From the human T2T-CHM13v2.0 reference genome, Homo sapiens: DNA of 64,000 bases. The notes beneath the pieces were generated by a model. The model did not search any database, had not been told where the DNA came from, and saw only the letters and a list, made by a program, of their open reading frames with translations. The position numbers were made by a program, and so were the translations under genes. Below are positions 55,720 to 64,000 of this stretch, in pieces; position 1 is the stretch's first letter, and the number at the start of each line of letters is the position of its first letter. Location: the NCBI RefSeq assembly GCF_009914755.1, contig NC_060944.1. One strand, given 5' to 3'.

Positions 55720-56090
55720 TCTGAAGCATCCAGTCTTGGAAGTGCTTCCCCAGGGGCTTTAAAGCATATCTCAAAATAGTTTCCACATCTCTCCTGTTAT
55801 AAAGAACACTGTGTCATCTATGGATCAATATTTACTCCCTGCATGATGAGTTGCAGTTTTGCAATTGAGGTTTGGTGGACTCAGTTCCAGGAGAGTGATT
55901 TAATGATACAGCTGGACATTGCTCTTTAAGATCCATATTCTGGAGAAACCCCCTCCAATGTATCGCCTGTATAAATAACCTGGAGTCATGCTGCCTGTCA
56001 GAAATTTAGGTAACCCTAATAGGAACACTCAACTTCACTATGTGGATGGTTCCAGTGTCTCTCCCCCAATTTTATAAAATCCTCAGTGGT
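55720..56090 (-). mobile_element. Probable decayed Gypsy-type LTR-retrotransposon RT fragment
   Basis: With frameshifts, the minus strand gives motifs in RT order: KLG..EPS-HSE..VPI..PK..GSM, MDLK, IDD, W, EAL. Confidence 0.45.
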
Positions 56091-57089
56091 ACCATCCCAT
56101 TGTGGTTTTCTCTCATCTCCATACTCAGTACTATGTCAGCCATTTAGGCTCACTCCCTTTACCAGCACCCTCAAGAAACAGTCACAACTTACCTGTTTGG
56201 AGAGAGGGATTCTCTAGCCATGGGTTCAGCTCTTACCATATCACTCCCTCCTCCACTTTCTGCCCATCTTCTGCTAACTTCCAAAGACCCATATTCCTAG
56301 CACACATCTTTCCCACCAGGCACCACGCTATGTAAACTATTGCCCAGCACTCCTACCCCAAATTCCTTTTCGTTATAAGAAGAAAAAAAAAATGCCAATC
56401 CACAATCTGGTTTGCATGACCTGTATCTCCATCCATTGATTCAGACTTTTATTTTAAGGAAAAGTTTCTGTAAGATCCTTCTGCCTTCTGTGTGTATTTA
56501 AAGTAGAATGCTTATTTCCTCAAATCTTTAGTATAGCCAAGTTTCATATGACACATCACCTTCTCATTCAATTCCAGCCACATTAAAGCAGGCACAATTT
56601 CTCTGAAGAGGAATAGAACTCCAAAGGCACCCTGATTATAGCATTATCCCACTCAAACGGAAATAATATCAGCAATTTGTCTGCTAGGGGATGAAGTTTA
56701 ATGACTGAACTCAAATCTTTGGAGGGCATAATAAAACACTGAAAAACATTCTGAAATGATCAGAATCACTGAAGATGTAATATATATATATTTTATAACA
56801 GGCTTTTTCAGTGATAACTTATCTAGAGAGAAAATTGTTTTAGAATCTGGAAAATCAGCTGACATTAAAAGCACGTAAAACTAGACTATTTATAGCCTCC
56901 CACTTTCTTGTCTTCTAAATTGTCAGTATCATCTAACATTAAATTATTTTTTGAACAAGAAATATGTTTTCAATGTTTAAGTAGTCTTGCCACTTAAAAG
57001 TTACAAAGGAGCTAATCAATAGTAGTCACCCAACCTTAGAAACTTAGGTTCTATTGTGTGAGAGGGAAATAAAAGAATTCAAGGGCTCT

Positions 57090-57581
57090 CTATAGGTTAG
57101 CTTTTGCTGCGTAACAAACCATGCCAAAGCTAATCATCAATTTAGTACATCATTTTGTGAGTCAGTAATTGGGGTTGGGCTCAACGGGGTTGTTGTTCTG
57201 GTGTCAGCTGGATAACTCACATGTGTACAGTCAAGTACCAGATATTTGACAAGGGTGACTGTTCTGGAATGATCTTGCTTGGAACAGATTATTTCTGCTT
57301 CATACTTAAAATAAATAAATAAATAAATCTTCCACCAGGATAGCTTGGACTTGTTCTCAGCTGTTTTGTGGTTTCAAGAGAGAGACAGGGCATGCAAGGT
57401 CTCCTGAGATCCGGACTCAGAGCTGACGCACAGTTACTTCTGCTGCATTCATTAAAGCAAGTCACCAGCCAGGTCAAATTTACAGGATGGGGAATTAGGT
57501 TTCACCTCTCAACAGGAAAAGCTACAGTCACATGACAAGTGAGCATGGATATAGGAAGAGGAATTTTTTCAATCTCCCACA
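57090..57581 (-). mobile_element. MLT1 (H-like) solo LTR
   Basis: ttagcttttgctgcgtaacaaacca..cttctgctgcattc..aagcaagtcac..caatctcccaca. Confidence 0.8.
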
Positions 57582-58216
57582 AAGACATGTCCTAAGTTTG
57601 AAGCATTTAAAATCTACAAGTTAAAAAAAAATACCCAGGAAACTCCTGAGAAAAAACAACAGGGTCCTCATCCATGATTGCTGTTAATTGATAAGCAGTT
57701 ACTCAAATCACTGTGTCTCTCTGAAGGTAGTTTTTATTTGCCCACTCAATCGTATCTCTACTCCCACCACACCTGATCTCTTCCATCTTCTTCTCTGGTT
57801 TTCTTCAGTCTTCTCGAAACTAAACAAAGTTAATGGTTGATTACCGGTGATTTCTGTCTAAAACTTTATTGTGATAGTTGATGTCCTGGGCAATTTGTTT
57901 TGATATTTGACCTAAGTAGACAAGTACTACAACCCTAGAGATTTACTGATAGGCCTATATTCTCCCTTAAGGAACACTGTCCCTAAAGCTTGTCACACTC
58001 TTGTCCAAAATGAAAAACTTATAAAATGTTTTTATAAACAGTATTGCACTTGAGATGCAAGCTTAGATAAGGACTTTAAGAGTCCTGTATGTCCAGACTG
58101 AAAAGCTAAATGATACCCATTAAAGAGTCCTGACCGTGTATTTGGTCTGCCAATGAATAATATTGGTAATGAAGCCTACTTCTGGATTTTCAACAGTGTG
58201 GGCAGATCCCTCTAGA

Positions 58217-58385
58217 CCAGTGTTATCCAATGAAAATATAATGTGTGCCACTTGTGTCAACTTAACTTTTCTAGTAGTCACATTTATAAAGTAAAAAATA
58301 AAAAATAGGTGAAATTAACATTAAAAGTGTGTTTTATTTAACTCCATATTTCCAAAATATTAGATCTTCAATGTAAAATAAAATG
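58217..58385. mobile_element. MER33-like hAT-Charlie fragment
   Basis: cagtgttatccaatgaaaatataatgtgtgccac..ttttctagtagtcacatt..aggtgaaattaa. Confidence 0.75.
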
Positions 58386-59495
58386 TGACCCTCATTTTGC
58401 CTTTGAGGGCTAAAAGTAGGTAATGGACTTCTTTTTATGCTCTGTGTCTAACTCAGTTCTTGGCACATAAGATGTGACTAATAGATGTAGGATGAATGAA
58501 AGAATAATGTCTAAATCAACAAAAAAAAGTGAGGGCCTATTATCTGATATTAAGTAATTCAGTCTTTAAAGACTATGTTGTCATTACCTAGAGGGATAAC
58601 CATTTTTTCCCCATGAATTTTGGTTTTAAATTCTTGAAACTAAATGCCAGCCCAAGTGGTTTAATCATACACTTTTAAGCCTTAAACAACCTACATTGTC
58701 ACTGAATTCCACTTGGAAGCTGATTTAAAGACAGAAATTCCTTAGACACAGGGTAAGTTTTGCATCAAGGCTAGTGTTGGAATAACCAGGAGTGCCTGGT
58801 AAGGACAGTCCTTGTCTGCCTCAGGGTCCTTCTTAAGGACATATATTTATTTTCCAGTAAATGGATTTCATGTAGTTTACACCTACAACTCCCACTTGAC
58901 TCTCAGTTCTATGACAGCTATTTTTTCCTGCTATAAAAGCACTTAGTCTCTTAACTCCACTTGGTAGGCATTTCTTCAAATATTCATAAAGTTTTCTGCA
59001 AATGTCCAAGTTTTCTTTCTGCATCCATAAATATATCAGTAAAAGAAGAATCACATATCAAACCAAGACAGGTTTCAAACTTCAGCCTGAGATTCGCTTT
59101 GAACTTAAAAATCTCTAAAATGTACATCACAGTTTGTTTTTTCTAGTGCTTTTTTTAATGCTTTTTCTAAACAAAGAAAGGCTGGGTCTGAAGTGAGGAA
59201 AACTGTGAGCAAAAAGAAGAGTTATCAGAGGTTGGTAGACCCAAAACACTGCACCCACCAACTTGACCAACTCAAATGGCGTATTTTAATGGGTATGAAT
59301 TCATATGGCTAACAAATCCGCTATCAACAAGGGACAGCTCTGCTTTTTACCTCCTCAGTCATTTAGTTATTAAATAAAAAAAAAATACTGAATATTTGCT
59401 ATTGAACAGTGCTGGGCTAGCAGCAATGTTGAGCACTCTAGAAGCATAACTCATGATCCCTTCCTCTTTCCTTCAAGTTGTTTAAGTTCTATTTG

Positions 59496-59655
59496 GGCCA
59501 GGCACAGTGGCTCATTCCTATAATCCCAGTCACTAAGGAGGTAAAGGCAGGAGGATTGCTTCTTGAGGCCAGGAGTTCGAAACTGCAGTGAGCTATAATC
59601 ACACCACTGCACTCCAGCCTGGGCAACAGAGTGAGACCCCATCTCAAAAACAAAA
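59496..59655 (+). mobile_element. Alu monomer (FAM/FRAM-like)
   Basis: ggccaggcacagtggctca..ggaggattgctt..tgcagtgagctat..ccagcctgggcaacagagtgagacccc; single arm. Confidence 0.88.
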
Positions 59656-59959
59656 TAGTTTGGTTTGGGAAATAAGCCCAAGGTCATCTCAATACCACTG
59701 TTCCTCCCTATTTCCTTTTTGCAAAATCCCTTTAGGGTGAGTGGATTGCTTCCTTAAAAAGACTTTCCTATCACCTCAATAATATAATATACTACAGTTA
59801 GCTTTATTATTTGGAATTATTGCTATTATCAATACCTGGAAAATATGTTTGATTGATAGTCTAATTGCTGATCTGTCTCTAATTTTGCTACAGTCATAAA
59901 AAGCTAAGAACAAAACAATAGGTGGCAGGCACTTGCACATTCTAAAATGAAGTATTGGG

Positions 59960-60910
59960 CTATTTGTGCATGACTTGCAGAGGAGATGGGGGAAAAGAAA
60001 GGTTGTCATGGCCTGAGCCCAATACTCACAAGTGTAAGGCAGTGTCAATTAAGAGTAAACTATCAAAGAAAGAGATGGGGAGAGTCATTGGTTTGCTGTG
60101 GATTTTCCCTCCCTCACCCAGTGTTGGTGGGAAGCAGGGTGGTTTGACCCCAGTCTGAAAGAGGCTTCAGGAAATCTGGTGGAGACTGTGTTCCCCAGGT
60201 GGTGTTAGACCCTCAGGTGGAAAGTCTCAGGAAGAGAAACTGATTATGGCTGCCCCAGCTGCCCTGACAATGAAGCAAGGAGAGTCAGCCATAATGGAAA
60301 TGGCCTGGACTCTCACAGATCAAGAGGACTAGCCAAAGAAGATACCTAAAGTGGAATTCTCTGAAGCAGAACTAGAGGCAAGTCTCTCAGTTGAAAGGAT
60401 CTTAGCAAATCGAGGCTGCAGGCTGCACCCGCAGAGAAAAAGCTGGGAGTTAGCGTCATCCATGTCAAGGACCCCTGAAGATTCCTTCAGTACATGTGCA
60501 GAAAAAGCTTTGTGCATTGGCCAAGCCCAGAGCATAACAAAGCCAGGGCATGGCAGTCTCACAAGGAAGACCTCCCCTGCCTCCCTCCACCCAGCTCTAA
60601 AGGGGTGAGAAACTATCAAAGGAGGTAGTAAGGAGGAGGAGGAGGAAAGGAGAAGCACAAGATAAGAAAACAAATCAATGATTGTCTACAATCCTTTTTC
60701 CCTGTTATAGGGTTCTATCAGTTGGCGAAGTGAGAAGCTTTAGCTATACTTGAAGTAGTTAAGAGTTTTGATTAGTCCATGGGGCTGGGTACTTTCATTA
60801 CTGAAATGAAACTGTTTTGTGCTGTAAAGTGATTATAGAATTTTTGTAGTCTGAGTTATGATATAAATTAAAGATGTTTTCGTGTTGGACCAACATTTCA
60901 TCCAGGAAAT
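59960..60910. mobile_element. Possible ancient LTR (MamGypLTR/LTR8x-like)
   Basis: Purine-rich body and 3' block actttcattactgaaatgaaactgttttgtgctgtaaagtga reminiscent of ancient mammalian LTRs; weak recall. Confidence 0.3.
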
Positions 60911-61019
60911 GATGCAAACTAATATCACACAATTTGGATAAGTTCTGAAGTGTAAGAGTACAGTTATTTTGTGATTCTTCCTTCTAGATCTTGCTTTTTC
61001 AATGAAGTAGTGATAGACA

Positions 61020-61181
61020 TTTATGTGCTTGCTTATTTTCCATCTTTCTCACTGGAACATAAGCTCCCCAAGGGCAAGGACCTTTCTCTTTTATTCATCA
61101 TTGATTCCTCTGAGCCTAGAAGCATGTCAAGCACATTGTGAGTGCTTAGCAAATATCTGTTGAATAAATACATAAATGAAT
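61020..61181 (+). mobile_element. L2 3' end
   Basis: taagctccccaagggcaaggacc..gcctagaagcatgtc..gtgcttagcaaatatctgttgaataaat. Confidence 0.8.
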
Positions 61182-61919
61182 AGCTGTGGATAGGGGATTA
61201 CAGGCTCTTCTAAGTGATTTTTCTTGGGGAAAATGTCTTGGCTAAAATTTTTTTTAAAAGGAAACATAAAAATCCATAAATAATCCCTGCAAAAAGAATA
61301 GTCTATGAATAGTGCTTACCCAAACTAGCCATAATTAACACTGGCTTCAGTGGAGGAGGCTCAAAAGTCACATTTAGGCTTCCCTTGTCTAAAATCTCAG
61401 CTGCTTACAATATTCAGCTTATGTAACTAATTATACTGTGGCAGGTTTTCTTCCTCCTTTGCATCTACTCATGTGATATTCTACTGCTAATAAAACTGTC
61501 AATTTTCTTTTACTTCAATAAAAGGTCACACATGACAACAACCCCTTTTGCCTACTAACAGCAAGGGCCTTTATTAATATTTTAAATGTACACAGTGATA
61601 TTTCCAAAAGGTCAGATTTTTTAAAAGACATAAAATGTCAGTTCTAATTCTTTTTCCTCCCCTTCTCTGCTCCCCAACCCATCACCACCACGTTGCTGTT
61701 CAGCCTTAGATATTGTGCTTATTATAAATTGTGTTCAACCAGGTAAACATCAGGTGGGGGTATCAGACTGGGGGCACCGCACAGGAGGCACATGTCTTAA
61801 CCGTCCATAGTTATCCCATGGCTAAATGTACAAACATGGCTATAATGGGCAGCTTTCTGAATATAAATATTTTATGAGCTAGCACCAATAGGTCTTATAT
61901 CCTAGTCTTTTTTTGCAAC

Positions 61920-62485
61920 ACTATACTAATCTATGCCATGGAACAAATTGCCCCACAATTTAATGGCTTAAAACAACAGACACTTTGTGAGTCAGAAGTC
62001 TGGGTATGGTTTAGTGGGTGCTCCAGTTTGGGGTCTCTCACAAGCTGCAATCAAAATGTTGGCAGGGGCTACAGTCAGCTCAAGGCTCAAGGGAGGGAGG
62101 ACTTACTTCCAAGCTCACTCAAGTGGCTGTTGACAAGATTCAGTGTTTCTCAGGATGTTGGACTACAAGCTGGATTTTGACCAGAGGGTGCCCTCAGCTC
62201 CTTGCCACCTGGACCTTTCCAGAGGACAGCTCCAGCATGGCACTGAACTCCCTCAGAGCAAGCAAGTGAGAGGGTGAGGGGTAGCGAACAAGGTGGAAGT
62301 CACAATCTTTCTGTAGCATGACCTTGGAAGTGACAGCCATCATTGTTGCTGTATTCTGTGTATTTAAAGTGAGTCACCAGGTTTAGTTCACATTCGAAGA
62401 GAGGGGATTACTCAAGGGTATGGATACCAGGAAGCAGGAATCACTGGGTCCCATCTGAGTGAGGCTGTAGAGGCTGCATACTACA
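61920..62485 (-). mobile_element. MLT1F-like solo LTR
   Basis: aacaaattgccccacaatttaatggcttaaaacaac..acttccaagctcactcaagtggctgttg..ggataccaggaagcaggaatcactggg..actaca. Confidence 0.85.
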
Positions 62486-62534
62486 AAAGGTGAGCTTGAA
62501 TTTTCACCAAATACTTAAAAAATAAAAATAAAAA

Positions 62535-62712
62535 AAGCACTGTCTACTATGCGATAAGCACAGCATTAGGAATTTTATGTAAAATAATTCATTATTTTAG
62601 AAAAAATTTATAAGGTGGATGGATGCTGCTAACATCCACATGTTATAGATGAAGAAACTGAGGCTCAGCAACATAAAGTAACTTCTCCAAGATCTCATGA
62701 CTGGTTTGAGGC
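62535..62712 (-). mobile_element. MIR
   Basis: tgttatagatgaagaaactgaggctcag..aagtaacttctccaagatctca. Confidence 0.8.
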
Positions 62713-63429
62713 AGCCCCTGCTCTTATTCCTTGCATGACACAACTTTAATTTGCTCCCTCTCCAACCTTCCTTTGTGATCAGTGATAGACATTTACAGAT
62801 AGTCAGCTAGGAGTTAGATCACATCTGTGGCTATGAGAGTATGAAATGAGCTAGATTCATGCATATGATTCAGGAATTGAACTGTAACTTAAACAGAGCA
62901 AACATTGTTTTTCTGTGCTGAAAACTAGGGATAGGAGTGAGTCAGACATGACCATTACCTACAGAGTGCTACTGTGTGCAGGGGACTGAGATGTAAAGAC
63001 TGTGATATGGGGCAGAATGTATCAGTAACTAATCCATTAAGATTCAATGAATCTTACCTGGGAAGGGATATCATGAAAGGATTTGCCAATTTTATTTGTC
63101 TAAGGAAGCCAAAACGTGGTTTCTGCCTATGAACGATTTGTTAAGGACCCCACCTGCCTCCTTGTGGGGACATGATTTAAAACGTTACCTACTGCTAAGC
63201 TCTACTAAACCAGTGCCAAATTGCCGAAGTGCAAGAGAAGTTTCTTCTGCAGCTTAAATTCTCTAGAGTAGTTATTTTATTTAATTTGGGGTCCACAGAA
63301 CCCTTTAAGTAGTTAATAAAAGCTAAGAAACTTCTTCTCAGACAAATTAAGATATTCTCAACACTACAATATCAGAGTTTCCATGTCACCAGTTTATAAA
63401 CATCTTCTTTAGCATTAAGATAAAAATCA

Positions 63430-63720
63430 GGCCAGTAATCCCAGAACTTTGGGAGGCCAAGGAGGGAGGATTGCTTGAGCGCAGGAGTTTGAAACCAGCC
63501 TGGGAAATGTAGTGAGACTTCATCTCTACAAAAAAAAACAAAAATAAAAATAAATTATCAAGGAGTGCACCTGGATATATAAATTATCCAGGAGGCAAGC
63601 ACCTATCCCAGCTACTCAGGAGGCTGAAGTGGGAGGATTGTTTGAGCCTGGGAAGTGGAGGTTGCAGTGAGCTGAGACTGCAGCACTGCACGATATTTCT
63701 CAAAAAAGAAAAAAAAAAAA
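63430..63720 (+). mobile_element. AluJ, internally rearranged
   Basis: Dimeric J-type Alu with short deletions at both ends and a duplication in the linker; A tail. Confidence 0.88.
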
Positions 63721-64000
63721 GGAAAAGATAAAGTCACTTGACCACTTGATTTAAACATCAAGATACCAATGAGAATTACTTGATAATCATCATCTCTATC
63801 TTTTTCATCCACCCTGAAGAAGCAGGCTTATAAAATCATATCTAGTCCAGGAAGCAGTACCAGTATATGCAAGGAGGAACTCTAGTATATTTTGTCTTTA
63901 ATACCATGCAAAATGAGGATGGCATCCTACTGTGGTATCAGTAGAAACCATGAGGAGAAATGGAAATCCCATTCAGCTCAGAAGTAACAAGAACAAACAT

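Noticed and set aside
60329-60673. Overlapping 114-aa (-) and 85-aa (+) ORFs
   Set aside because: Non-ATG starts, no recognisable homology, probably within an ancient LTR-like sequence.

Overview
Primate (very likely human) non-coding genomic DNA, either a long intron or intergenic. It is AT-rich, has no CpG island, and I recognise no protein-coding exon, tRNA or rRNA. I cannot identify the locus. Much of the window is interspersed repeat: a disabled L1PA2/3 3' end (1-1628), about 11 Alu/Alu-monomer copies (most with readable target-site duplications, TSDs), a ~9.6 kb antisense block of nested old L1M elements (35920-45560), L2, MIR, hAT-Charlie (MER5/MER3/MER33), MADE1, many solo LTRs (THE1C, LTR9-family, LTR16, LTR33, MLT1) and microsatellites. 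All long ORFs are explained by repeats. The best unexplained signals are: (1) a repeat-poor block at ~6.4-6.6 kb with a perfect 23-bp hairpin beside a splice-site arrangement resembling a 9-nt microexon or recursive splice site; (2) a probable highly decayed Gypsy-type reverse-transcriptase fossil (~55.7-56.1 kb, minus strand); (3) an octamer-bearing LTR9-family solo LTR; (4) a 3x21-bp tandem array of SOX-type sites; (5) local duplications of 72 bp (perfect) and 107 bp. I cannot support a claim of a new biological system; the findings are testable candidates. Repeat subfamily names come from recalled consensus sequences, not a database search, and boundaries of old repeats are approximate.
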